Shown here in pieces: positions 11,014 through 23,595 of a stretch of 64,000 nt of DNA. This DNA comes from Tubulanus polymorphus (taxonomy: Eukaryota > Animalia > Nemertea). Below the pieces are notes generated by a model that ran no database searches, was not told the DNA's origin, and saw only the letters and a list, made by a program, of their open reading frames with translations. The stretch's first letter is position 1; each line of letters begins with the position of its first letter. The stretch lies in contig NC_134031.1 of the NCBI RefSeq assembly GCF_964204645.1, positions 16,355,807 through 16,419,806 on the forward strand, read 5' to 3'. The translations under genes and the position numbers were made by a program.

Positions 11014-11181
11014 GTGAATAATTGTCGCTTTTAAGATTAATTTGTCACTCTCTGATTCAAGCGCGGCGGCTTGTTTTGACCAGCTATTAACTGTTTAGTC
11101 GGGGTCCGAAAGTTAGATATTGTCTGATCTATTTTAAGCTGATAAGTACTGTACTGTGCTGTGCAGTGACGGCCTTGTATC

Positions 11182-11498
11182 TACGGAAGCCCCTAGATGA
11201 CATACGAGATAATTTTTTTAAACAATTTCGAGCCATGATGTAGAATTTTGACTTATTGTCTCGAAATTTGACTTAATCGAAGTTTTCTATTCATGTCGAA
11301 TTTCTTCGACTTTTTATGTTGTATTTTGAGTTAATTATTTCGTGTTATTTTCATATAGACTTATCTCAGAATTCGACATAATTAACTCGAAGTTCGAATC
11401 ATTATGTCGAATTTCGACTTATTATGACATGTTGACATAAGTCGGAATTGTGAAAAGATTAGCCTATCTCATATGTCACCAAGCAAGGGGCTTCTGTA
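11182..11498. mobile_element. Non-autonomous DNA transposon with internal ~21-nt degenerate tandem repeats
   Basis: Imperfect TIR TACGGAAGCCCCT..TGACATACGAGATA / TATCTCATATGTCA..AGGGGCTTCTGTA; internal (TCGAAATTTGACTTA..)n. Confidence 0.65.
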
Positions 11499-12981
11499 CC
11501 TAATTGGTGGAAAAATCCGGTTACTCTAGTGTCTTAGGTGGGGTGATGGGTCCCTCTCCTCGGGTCTCTTTAATATTCAAGTCACAAAAATGAAAAAATG
11601 TAGATCCCAGGCAAGGGTGTGCCGAGGGGGGTTCGGAATAATAAATAGTAAGTAACGAATGAAACCCCTAAAATTCAAGACTTAAGTGCCCTTCAAAAAG
11701 GCAGTCGAAATTTTGATACTATTTTGGTGTTTTTATTGGAAGATGAAAAATAATCCATTCTAAAATGATTTATTCATGTACCCAGGCACTTCAATTCTAA
11801 CATGTCCTAATTTTTCAATAGGAAAGTACCCCTTTTCGCAGTGAAAAAGTGCCCTTTCTCTTGAAATAGAACTGCCCCCAAAAAAACTTGGCACAGGCCT
11901 GCCACGGTGCAGCAGTTTAGGCCTGGTGGTTAACTTCTATAATCATATGGGCTTATGTTTGTGAAAATATCCGATCATGAAACTGAACTACTGTCAGACA
12001 GGCTATTGACTAGGGTCCAAATCCAGTATTCAATGACAGTACATTGCTGGATCCATACTTTAAACTAGTTGATGTCTAGTCCCACTAGCCAAACGAATTT
12101 GATGGGCTTTCATAAAGACAACCATAACTGTGATAAATCCGTACAATCGGCTGTCCAGATACTTGGCCCATCAAATTTGGATGCAACAGTATCATCAACA
12201 AATTTACAATTCTTATACCCCATTGCCTCCCAAAAACCTAACCCACTCTGCCAACTCATTTCGTAGTATTAACCGGGGGTACTTCTTAAAGGTCTTGACC
12301 ACGCAGCTGAAAAGCCAGGGTTCTTTGAGAAGAAGCTGCCAACGCTGAAAGGCTGTGATATTTGAGAGTTTGAATAGTGATGGTATCATTCGTCATGTTG
12401 GTCATCTTGCCTTGAATTAATGTACGATATTGAATTTCATTCGCTTCAAGCCATGCGCTGTAACGAGTGAGACCTACTGAATTTACATGATGATAATTAT
12501 AAGCTGTCGCAATATTTACGACACCAGATATAGAGATATTCAATAAAATCCCGGGTTTCACGAAATATTAGGTGTCTTGCTCGAATATTAAATTCCTCTG
12601 TTAAATTGCACGGTGTTTAATGATGCTTTGTTGAAGGGTATTATTATGGCCTATCCAAGGTACCGAAATAAGAATGCATTCATGGGTCCTCATCTAGGGT
12701 TATGTGCTATGTTGGTTGTCATCAACTCGCATCAAATGGTTCTGGTTATGTCAGTTGTCCAATTCTTCAAGTCTCGCCTCAAAACTACTTTCTCGGGGTT
12801 GAACATCATGATTTAACAAATAAGGAATATGACAACGGAATTTGACAAACGTTAGCGCAATAGGTTGAGGAATTTGTCAATAGGGTAGTGGCTGATGCTG
12901 GATGTAAGATTTAAAGTCTGACCAATACTGCTTTGACCAATTAAGTAATTAACGGAACCGTGTTGAAATTTACTCTCGATC

Positions 12982-13060
12982 AATTTACAGCTTAACAATT
13001 CAAAGAAATTTGCAGCTTAACAATTCAAAGAAATTTGCAGCTTAACAATTCAAAGAAATT
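12982..13060. repeat. 25-bp tandem repeat x3
   Basis: (GCAGCTTAACAATTCAAAGAAATTT)3. Confidence 0.9.
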
Positions 13061-13199
13061 AATGTGACGATGATTAAACGTGTGAAAAAGGCTAAGAAAG
13101 TGATAACTTCGTTTCTCCTAATCAACCGGGTCACTTTAGGGTAAACCGCAATAAAATTTGTAATTACTCTAGCTGATGGGTCTGTTATAGTTAGCTTGA

Positions 13200-13372
13200 G
13201 CCATGTAAATATACGGAATATAACTGAAATCAACACTTTCAAACAGAGAGTAAAACATTGCTTTTCTGCAAAGCCTATGCTCCATGAATTCAGCACCACT
13301 ACCATACAAAGCGCTGGTGAACATTATTATTAGGGAAACAGGCGCTATATAAATGTGATATTATTATTATTA
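13200..13372 (+). mobile_element. L2/CR1-clade LINE 3' end (degenerate body may extend back to about 12000)
   Basis: NIRNITEINTFKQRVKH resembles an ORF2 C-terminus; tail AAAGCGCT..GAAACAGGCGCTATATAAATG(ATT)n. Confidence 0.55.
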
Positions 13373-15721
13373 GGATTTCAGTATGGTACTTTAAGCTCAG
13401 CAGAAATGAGAAACAAGGCAGCAATTTTTTCATAGCCTTTTTTCTCCTGTTCAACTGTTCTATCCCGTTTGAATATTTGAATCGCGCCGATGTCGGAATT
13501 ACTTCAACGACATTCGCCGACGTTTATTGCAGCGTTCATGCGAAATCCTTTTTCCTATAGTGTTTTATGGACGCGCGAACGCTCGGTCATTTATATTTCA
13601 TGTATGATATGTGCCGTTATTCTTTTGAAGATATCTGTTTTCGACGACCGGAACGCGGCGTTCGAGCAATCTCTCGGGTCCATTTATCGTTTTATCGGAC
13701 CGACGACAAAGCGACGAGTAAATAGATGAGAATATGAAAAAGCCGCGCGTCACGACCGGACATTATCACATCAGATTTTCAAAGAGGTATGCATTACTAA
13801 TCTTATAATATTTGTGAAAGGTCGCCTCCGGGTGATCGACGACGACGTGTTTGGTCTATACATTTGTTTGACCATCCTCGAATCCCTGTGGCAGTGTAAA
13901 GAGTCGAGCTCGACTACCGTTATTAGTATTCGCTTCTCCGGGGCCATTCATAAGGTATGTATGCTTCCATAGGGCGGGAGAGTCTAAACGTAGCCATATA
14001 ACCCTAATGTATATGCTGGTAACCGTTGGAAGCATAATTTTTATTGCCGCGGCCGGTTGCTGATATTTGACAGGTTTTCGTATGTTGCTGCGGCGAGTTT
14101 ACTTCAATTTTGTCAAAAACATGGTATTCAAAGAAAAAGAACGTCGTTCAGTAAATTATTGCCGCGGCTTTCGCCGCTGCAGTCGCTGCGTTTCCAACGC
14201 CACTGGGTAATGCTTAGAATATCGTACTGTCGATGTGGAAGTCGATAGTTATCTTCAATGTCAAAATTGATGTCATGTCAACTATCAGATAACTGAATAT
14301 GTATAAATAATGTTTTGATTTGTTCGAGCATTCTCGAATCATGACTGAGGTGTTTGGTAACCACGGCTGATGATGATGTCGTTTTATCCCTGATCGTTTT
14401 ACGATTTCGCGATTCGATAGACGACGAGATCTTCGTAGAAACGCTCGAGTTCGATCAGCGAATTCACTATTTCAGTGTCGACGAAGTGTTTTTATTATCC
14501 GGTCGCCAGCGAGCGAGCCAGCCGTCGAGTTGCCATTATTCATCGAAATATCTGTACTGCGCGACACAACGCTATTGTGTCTCAGTTTTAACGAGGAGAG
14601 GCTACCCGACTCCCAGCATTCACCGATGAGTCATGACGTTGTAATGACAGCGATGTTACCCTTCCTGATTCATTTCTTGACAAATTTCCGCCGCCGTTGT
14701 TCTCGCGCGAGATCAGCCGTATTTTATTGCCCGTTGTACTGTCGATCCTATGAATGCCATAAAAAACTGACTTTGTCCACCGAACTCTGCCGTCGAATAA
14801 TCCTGTTTACAAAGCAAATATAGTAACTTGGCTTGTTTTGTTTGTGGGGTTTTTGTGGCTATTGATACTTATCAAATTCTGTAAGCCAGTCTCGCTGGTT
14901 TGCGAAATCGCAGCCAGTCATTAGCATAAGTTAGCTGCAATAATCTATTGTCTTATTGAGTCATACTCACAATAGGCAGTCTGAAAGTGTGGAGTCATAA
15001 AAAGGTAATTACCGCGATTATTCCAGTAGTTGGTGAATTGACTTTTAAGGACGTCCTATAGAGAAGAATGATAGGGTGGCTCCTGAGCGTAGTGAATAAT
15101 GTGGCGATAATGAATGGATTTTCTTGTATTCGGAAAGAGTGCCTTCTGAAACAATAGCGGTGTTAGTCAAATGATTACTCCAAAGTCCATTCTAGTTTTA
15201 CTCATCTTCTTATCAGCGTTAGCGGGAATGACCAATTTAGAATGGACCAAGTCAATGCTGTGCTTTAAATGCTTGTTTAAATCAGCTGTTTTTCATACAC
15301 ACAATAAGAAATGGTTCATTGTAAAATTTAGAATGGTCATGAATTCAAATTCTCATGTGGTTTCAGTTGTTCGTTCTAAGATGGAACGGACAATGAAGAA
15401 AGTCTAAACGCTTTTGAGTCCATGAACGGACCATTAGAGCATTCATGAAGCGTGCTTCATATTTCCCGAAGTTCTCCGTTTAGGCGTCTCTGCAAGGTCC
15501 GCAATATCGTCAGGATCTGCCCCTGATACGTATATCCATGGACTCTAAAATGGAGAGTCCATGGTATATCCAATGGCTTTACTGTAAACAGGAACCGCAT
15601 ATGATATGAATTCTTTCATCGTTATAATAACCACCTGCGTAATATTCACGATGTCAACCAGTTTAAACGTTCACTAAAACATCTACTCTTTCAACGTGCC
15701 TATACTTAGTGACTATGAACC

Positions 15722-15773
15722 ATTACAGTGCGCCGGTGAACTTATCTTTTCAGAAACAGGCACCTTATAAATG

Positions 15774-15822
<49 letters not shown>
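15722..15822 (+). mobile_element. L2-like 3' tail with expanded (ATT)n
   Basis: GCGCCGGTGAAC..GAAACAGGCACCTTATAAATG(TTA)n, similar to 13310-13372. Confidence 0.5.
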
Positions 15823-17170
15823 TGTAATTAGGTGTGGCATATTGCGTTTTCTAATATTCTCTCAAGATTACGGTTCCGGTTCTGCTGATCTTAGAACTTT
15901 TGCTTCATTTATTATAATAACCTTATGACGGTATTAATTGAGAGGGTTGAGAGTCGAGATGGAAGGTGAATATCGCGCGTCGGCGGTCGACGACGCACCG
16001 ACATAACGAAATCGACGTCTTCGTCGCGGCGTATTCTCTCCGTTCGCGACAAATCGACTTTTATCGCGTTGAATTCCGTCGTGAATAAAATCGAATTGAT
16101 TTAATGTCGCTTTTGATAATTAAACCCAGCAGTCGAATAAAATAATGTCGATGTTAATTGATTTTCCGCCTCTTTAAACGTAGGTAGCATTATACAGATC
16201 TTCTTTACGCGGTTGTATCTCGTCTCCGACTATAGTACGCATGCTTCGAAGTCCTTGAAAATCGATGCAGTCTGAAGGTCTAACCGTATCGTTTCAATAT
16301 AACTAATGGATCATCCATAATTCTCACGTCAGTTGAAAGGTTTAGTGTTCATGGCCATTTTCCATTATACCCTCTGTGCAAGATAAGGCTAGGTCGAGCT
16401 CACTGCGATGATATCGCGATATGAATGAGCGCGTTTCAGGTTTAAGTCGGTTTTACTGTAGTTCTATATATTGTAGTAGGTCTTCAAGATTCGATAAGTT
16501 TTGAGCATAGATTTGAATCATCGACGGGAAACCTGAAATGTTCAGAATTTGCAATTTAGATTTTTCGCGTCTGAATCAATCAATTTGAAGCCTTACGTTT
16601 TCACATCCTTGTATCATTGAACTCTACTTGTATTGCACGACCAAATCATGGTTAGCAATAAAAATACCCATTTCTATATAGGTAAGATCTCGCATAATAT
16701 GAACGCAGTGCAAGTAGATACAACCTCAAGGTTAATTTATTCATATTGATATATTCGATTTATTCATATTTTACTGTATTGCATAAAAAAAAGCATATTA
16801 GGCCTATGAGCATACAAATTGTTGTATAATTTGAATTGAAAATACCGCAAATTAACAGTTCATTAATACTGAATTCATAATAAAAGTTATTGCACGGATA
16901 TATTGCAACATATACCTAGGGAGTTTTTACCCAAGGGATTTTTACCTACAACCGACCGAAATGCATGTTTCCACCTGAATCGGAACTAATTCCTAATGTT
17001 TGAACGTAAATAGAGTTGTTATTCATAGTTCTTAGAATGGTTATTTCAAAAATCGGTTTTTCATTTTTATTCGACGACAAGTCAATTTCATTCGATTCAT
17101 CAATTATTCAGCGCAATATCTCGGGTCTTAATTCGATTTTGTATCTAGCAATAAATGTGCGTAGCTAGTC

Positions 17171-17172
17171 GG

Positions 17173-17252
<80 letters not shown>

Positions 17253-17253
17253 C
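17171..17253. repeat. (GGCA)n microsatellite
   Basis: About 20 perfect units. Confidence 0.97.
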
Positions 17254-20200
17254 GGACAGCGTCTGTCAGGCCTATTACTAAGAGGTGTCAATTTATACAA
17301 AAACATCATAAAAAAGTTCATTGTTCATGAAAATGGATCGCTATCTAATATATCGGTATTGAAAATGAAATATCCCTGAAAGTTATGATGTAGTTTTACC
17401 GGATTCGCTAATTCTCTTTTTAATCTTTTTAACCCCTTTAGCCGACATAAAGATAAAGATAAAGGTTTGAAAAAATTTTCCCCTTTGACATTTACATTAC
17501 GGGTGGTTGAAAATAAGCAGTTTTTAGAACTAGGGGCATGGTTCGGTGAAAAGCTTATCAGTAGCATTGTTCGTAGTGCGTATATAGACTTATATGGATG
17601 TTCTGCTATTTGTCAGATGTAACAATATCTGATCGTCGCTGCTGCTGCTACTGCTGCTACTGCTGCTGCTGCTGCTGTTGCTGTTAGCGCAAAATATGCT
17701 TTAATAAGCGCTAATTATGCCGAGATTGTAGAATCATATGATAACTCATTCTTTCTCAATTACGTCGTGATCGACGAGTCTTTTGTTCGCGCTATGAATA
17801 TCTCTTTAGATTCAGCGCGGAGCTGATCGTCGTCTATTACCTGTTATTACCGATCGCCGAATCCGTCCACTTCGTCATAATAGCGCGTTGCCTTTATACC
17901 AGATGACTTTGATGTAGGAAGGAATCATCGTTGCATCATCGCTGTTTTCGTCTGGTTGGAAAAATTTTCAGTAAACGTAGCATGGATTCTATACCGATGC
18001 AAATATCGAGTCTGAATTCGAAAATTTGGCAATATCGACACGCACGTATCCAGTGGGATGGTTTGGGTGTGCCCCTTTTCACCTTATATCCAGAGTAGTG
18101 ATGGGGCAGGCTATGGATGCAATTTTGATAAATGATCAAAAGCAGTGCGAACGCACAAAAGTGAGACTCATATTTCGAAATTTTCAGCGGAAAATTATAA
18201 AAAATCCAGTTCGTACAAGGTTCTTACAGATCGAGGAAATCGGGGAATTTCAGAATTATTGCTAATTGCTTCTTTCTATAAAATCAGGGAAAAGTCAGAA
18301 TTCGAAAAGTAGCTCGGTCATTTTCTGAAGCTCAGTTTTTAGGTAGTAGTCTTTTCTAATTCTAAGTTGAAAACTGGACAACAACACCTTAAAGGTTTTA
18401 TTTGCTGTAGCCCAGTTTTCATCGAGCAAGGGTGCCAGTCCATGAACGACATAATAAGTCGTACATGTTTGATAATACTGCTGTCAGCTACTCATTAACC
18501 TTGAACACATTGGATATCTAATTAAATGTCTAATGGTCTCCGCTATATGCTGCATATGTCGCCGGACTCGGAATGCAAAGCGTACATAGTGGTCACTCGT
18601 CGGAATGGCGATAGTTTGTAGAGAATCTGTGGATCGTATGGACCGACAGCTTTAAGGCAATTGAAGATACATCTTGAATCTTATGTATATATTACAAGGC
18701 AATTGATATCCATTTATTGATCGGTACGTATATATTCACTCTCACTCTCTCTCCCTCTCGTTTACTGTTGTCGCAAACAATCAATGATAATCATCCGCAG
18801 TCTGTTGCGGTATTTGATGAGAAGTGTATTACAGGGTGATACCTCGAGAGAGAGGGAGAGAGAGAGAGCGGGGTAAGAGGCATTCAGAAGTGATAATGGA
18901 AGATTGCAGCGAGATATATTCGCAGTGAACTCAGAAATATGAATCGCGCGTTACTGATAGGGTGGTCTTACCCGTAATTACAGATTTTATATCCAAGTTT
19001 TCCTTGAGCATATCAACGAGATTTTCTTAGAAAAGAAAACAAAACATTTTCGCTTTTCCTAATACTATGTTATGCTAGCTTGAATTTGAAATATTTCGAA
19101 TAAAAAGTTCATTATTTCTAATAATTTATCGCATCGCACAGTGAAATAGGATGCCGCACGTTAAAAAGAGTTTACAGTTCAAAAATGTAACAGTTCGAAT
19201 ATGAAGATATCACAAATCAAAAGTTCATTAATTCTATCAATTCTATAAGAATTTATTGCAACAAAGGAGTTCATAGCACAACTATGGAAAAATATCTTGC
19301 TTTGAAATGTTTTTTTGAAAAATCTCCAATTTTTTTACCTACTTTGAAGATTTGGGGATTTTTGCCTACCACCTAGTTATGCAGCCTCGAACGAGGCAGA
19401 CAGACGTGTTTACTACTGGCATCATTCGTAATATCGATGATTTATCGGCGTATGATGTTGTCAATAATATATCGTCATCGACTGCGTCATTAATTTTTCG
19501 TCGATTTCGAACGAATTGAAATAAACGCTTTCAAACTGACGACGATCGTCGTTAAAACGATCGTCGTCGATGACGAGACTTTTTAACTCGCCCGTAAAAA
19601 CACGACGACCATACGCGGCTTCATTTTCCGACTAGAAAATGTCGGCAACGCGATAGTCGCGTAGCGTAAATCTCGAGCGGTGAGCGCGATAACCAGTTAG
19701 ACCGGTCTAAATAGATCCGTACCTTGTCCAAATGTAGACCGGACCAAATTTTGGATAAAATCGCTTGTCACCGGGCCCACATGATGTCACCATCTGCTAA
19801 AATATCAACCGGGCCTGGATGAAGTCTTGCTCCCAGATCCCGAGTAGAGCAAAACATTCTTCATTTGACGGTATTTTGCCCGTGTGAACGCTTTTTGTCC
19901 TTGGACCGGACCAAATTTAAACCGGTCTAAATTTCGTCGTGTGAATGCGCCTGATATCTGTAAATAGTCGGTATATTGTCGGCATAGTTTTTTGTTTTAT
20001 GATGAATATTCTTACAAATCGTTATCGATGCTGACAAATTAACCTGTTTAGTCGATAGTTCAGCTGCTGCCGAGAGTCGTCGTCGTCGGTACATACCAGC
20101 TCTGAGAGAGAGACGGGGCTCTGAAATGTTACGGTTTGATGCACGGCGATGCGTATATTCCGTTTCCCGAGGGGTTGAGTCACTGTTATTTCTTTGCCTT

Positions 20201-20514
20201 TGTTGGTCGAAACCGGTGAACGTCATGTTGTCTATTCATTTGCGTCTTGCGTTCTCTCCCCGTTTGACAACGACAACGACGTTCTGTCGTTAAAAATGCG
20301 ATTACGACAAACGCAGCGCGAGGTGAGTAGAGCATTTTCATTTCGTTTATCTCATCAAATTTGTACGAATTTTTCGCGCGATCCGCTTTGTAAATCGCAA
20401 CTTATTTAAGGCTCGAAATAAAGGATACATCGTTTTTCGTTTCTGCTGAGCTCTAAAGTTGGCCTCAGTGGCCACCTATCTACCCTGTACATTAACATGA
20501 CCAACTATAACCGA

Positions 20515-20660
20515 CCTGGGGCCGGTTGCATAGTTATGGTTTTGACTTAAGACCAGTCTAAGACCAACTTAGTTCTATAGCCAATCTAACAACTTAAGAC
20601 CAGTCTTAAGATTTAAGACCACTTTTGGACTTAAGTCGCGACTGTACAACTGGTCCCTGG
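20515..20660. mobile_element. MITE family B
   Basis: TIR GGGCCGGTTGCATAGT / ACTGTACAACTGGTCCC; internal TAAGACC repeats; inverted copy at 31326-31675. Confidence 0.72.
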
Positions 20661-22248
20661 TACTTAATAAATGATCTGATTATAAATTTGATTGCAGTTT
20701 ACCAAAATGACCCTATCGATTAGGAGAGGCAAGGTATCATTTTATTTACCGTTACACAAAGCGTTTGCTCTTATATGCTGCATTGGAGAAGGAGTCTACA
20801 TTCTAAAAGTAACCTTCATAATTCTATAGAATTCTACATTCAAAGTGATATCGCTTAACTTTGATTATCCGACAATATGCAACATTTTTTTTCTTCATGC
20901 CCCTATTCGCTTATTATAACTAAGTTACGTCGCTGAGCATTCATTTTTATCCTCTATCAGATTTCCGCAGTTTGAGTTTAAGCATTTTTTCTTACACTAA
21001 TTATCGCTAAGTTTTTTTTTTTCTTGATGATTTCGAGCTGTCAGTTATTGCTGTCGTGAAAGCATTGACTGCATCATGCATCATTATTTGTACGAACCAA
21101 CGCACAAGCAGCAGCAGCAGCAGCAGCATCGGTGGAGAAGAGAGAGAGAGCTTTATTTACTCGCAGCTATGCGAATGCCTAATCAAATCTGAGATAAAAT
21201 CATTAGATATTTTCTGTAGCCATTTGTCTAATGTGTTTCCTTGTCATAATTTTCTCACACAACTGAGAATCATTCAAAAGACTTGAGGGTTGAAATGTTA
21301 ATCTATGGCCCACGCAATCGTAAGGAGAAAATTTGTCCTGGGTTAGATTGGCCTTGATCAGGTCGAGTCAAATTTGGTCCATGGCTTATTGGCCAAAAAT
21401 TTGCCTAATTGCCGTGTCTTATAGCCACAATCACACATGCGTTTTTCCAAACATCTGTGCACACAGGTGCCAAATGAGTCCAATGCATGTTCGGCCTGAC
21501 CAAAGACGGACCAGGCCCTGAGCTAAATTTGAGCACAGGTCAAACTATTCTGTGCGAATTTTTACTGGTACTTGTGGTGACTAACCTCACTTGCCACGGC
21601 ATCATTTGAACGTTTTAGCATCCAATGAGTGATTTACGTGTGAAGGCATTTACCACTAATAAGCTCGGGCCAAATTTTACTCGGGGGGGGGGGGGGGGGG
21701 GCGGTGCACGGCCTGATCCAGTTAGGCTCGTTTGGGTCAAATTGTCTCTCCTTGAGATTGCGACTGACAATGGATAGTGTTCGCTATGAAGATGCCTATT
21801 TCTTACGCTTATATTCAGATCATACATGGAGAGTGTTTTTAAGTAGGTGTTTGTTGTTTGAGGTATCTCTGCTTTTCATGTGGGTGCGGCAGTGTTTACT
21901 TGTGTAGGTATAATCATTATCATCGCAACTTGTTTCCATGGCTATATACATCAAAATGATTAATTTCTGCTGATATTTTAGCTTAAGATAATTGAACGGG
22001 GATATATCAGCAGCTTGAGGTAACGAATAAAACATATAGGATGGATTGAATTAAACAGTCAAAATTGCTGTTTGAGAAACTAATTAAGGAAATTGCTTCC
22101 TAGTTAAGTTGGAAGAGCCAAGATTGGGTCAGTTGCTGGATCGAAGCCATTTTTGGTTGAATAGCCATTTTCAATTTCAATGATATCATTTTTATCGAGG
22201 ATTATTCGTGAATATTATGAAAAATACATTATTTTTGATAGTATACAG

Positions 22249-22348
22249 TATTCCTGAAGATGACTGTTAGGTTATAGTAGAAACGTTGGATAAACTACTA
22301 TTTCGGAAGATTGCTATTAGGATATAGTCGAAACGTCGGATAAACTAC
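22249..22348 (+). ncRNA. Tandem pair (50-nt period) of degenerate minimal hammerhead motifs
   Basis: TATTC CTGAAGA TGACTGT taggt TATAGTA GAAA CGTT GGATA aactac, then TATTT CGGAAGA TTGCTAT taggat ATAGTC GAAA CGTC GGATA aactac. Confidence 0.55.
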
Positions 22349-22446
22349 AGTTCGAGGAAACTTAATTTTCAGATAGTATTTCTTTGTTATTATTGTAGCA
22401 TTCTCTACGTATTATCTTCACAACACACGGATATAGCATCTTATTA

Positions 22447-22723
22447 GAACGATAACCACACTCAAACGTGGTAAACGGATAATAAGATAAAATCCTACCG
22501 ATGTCTACAGATAAAAGAATTTTAAAACCAAGAATTTATTTATTCGAAAAATCTAAAATATATGAAATACACGACGTTTCGATCTCACCGATCATCTTTC
22601 GATCTTGACACCTAACGATAATCTGTAGGGTGAGATCGAAACGTCGTTTTTTTTAAAATATATTTTAGATTGTTCGAATAAATAAATTCTTGGTTTTAAT
22701 CTGTAGATAGTGGGTTTTTATCT
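22447..22723. mobile_element. Fold-back Penelope-like tail element with mutated hammerhead
   Basis: Two inverted copies of the 6404-6560 tail; flanked by a 15-nt direct repeat TATAGC(A/G)TCTTATTA (22432-22446, 22724-22738). Confidence 0.75.
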
Positions 22724-23492
22724 TATAGCGTCTTATTAATGGCGATTATTTATGAGTTTTATTTTATAAGTCTTCAGACAGAAATGTTTGATAAGATAGC
22801 TCTGGTGTATCTGACGATACTGTTTCGCTCGTTATAAGATAAAAGGAACGTTACTTTGTTTTGCAAACGATTGTTGCGTGCTGCACATAAAGACAAACAT
22901 GTCAGATTATAAGAAATAGCAATTAGCGGGCTATGTGATTAAAAGCTCTCTGAGTTGATCTGTGAACGCTTGCGAGGAGGACAGAGCAAGCGAGCGAGCG
23001 TACACACACACTGGCATACACGCTCGACACTAGGAGAGGAGGTGCATAGCTTCGTAGATGAATAGGGGAAATCGGGACCATTCAGGGCATTGTTCGACCG
23101 TCAGCTGGCTGCCTGACTGAGACCGGGAAGAGAGAGAGTGTACCATTTTCCGAAGGAATCCTAAACGGAACACACACATTCTCGTTACTCGAAGCTCGGA
23201 TGTTGTTTATTTATCGCGCAGATTTTACCTTGGATTTTAATAATCTGCGCCGGAGGTTCGTATGAAGATTTTTCATTTAGCAGTTGCACCAGCTATCAAT
23301 CCAATCCATATAATACACAACGTCAGTATATAAAAGCGTAACGGAATATTTTAAGTATAAACTTCGGGCTCATTGGGTTTCGATTCGACGTGACATTTCG
23401 GTTCAGTTTAGTATACAAATACATATTCGACGGCATCTGTATACAATAAACTAATGATCCTGCTTTGATGATAGTTGACGTTTACACAAGTA

Positions 23493-23595
<103 letters not shown>

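Noticed and set aside
17155-17379. RQAG-repeat ORF
   Set aside because: Translation of the (GGCA)n microsatellite
17639-21128. CTG/CAG runs (17.64 kb, 21.11 kb) as an atrophin polyQ tract
   Set aside because: Short, non-coding and upstream of the start codon
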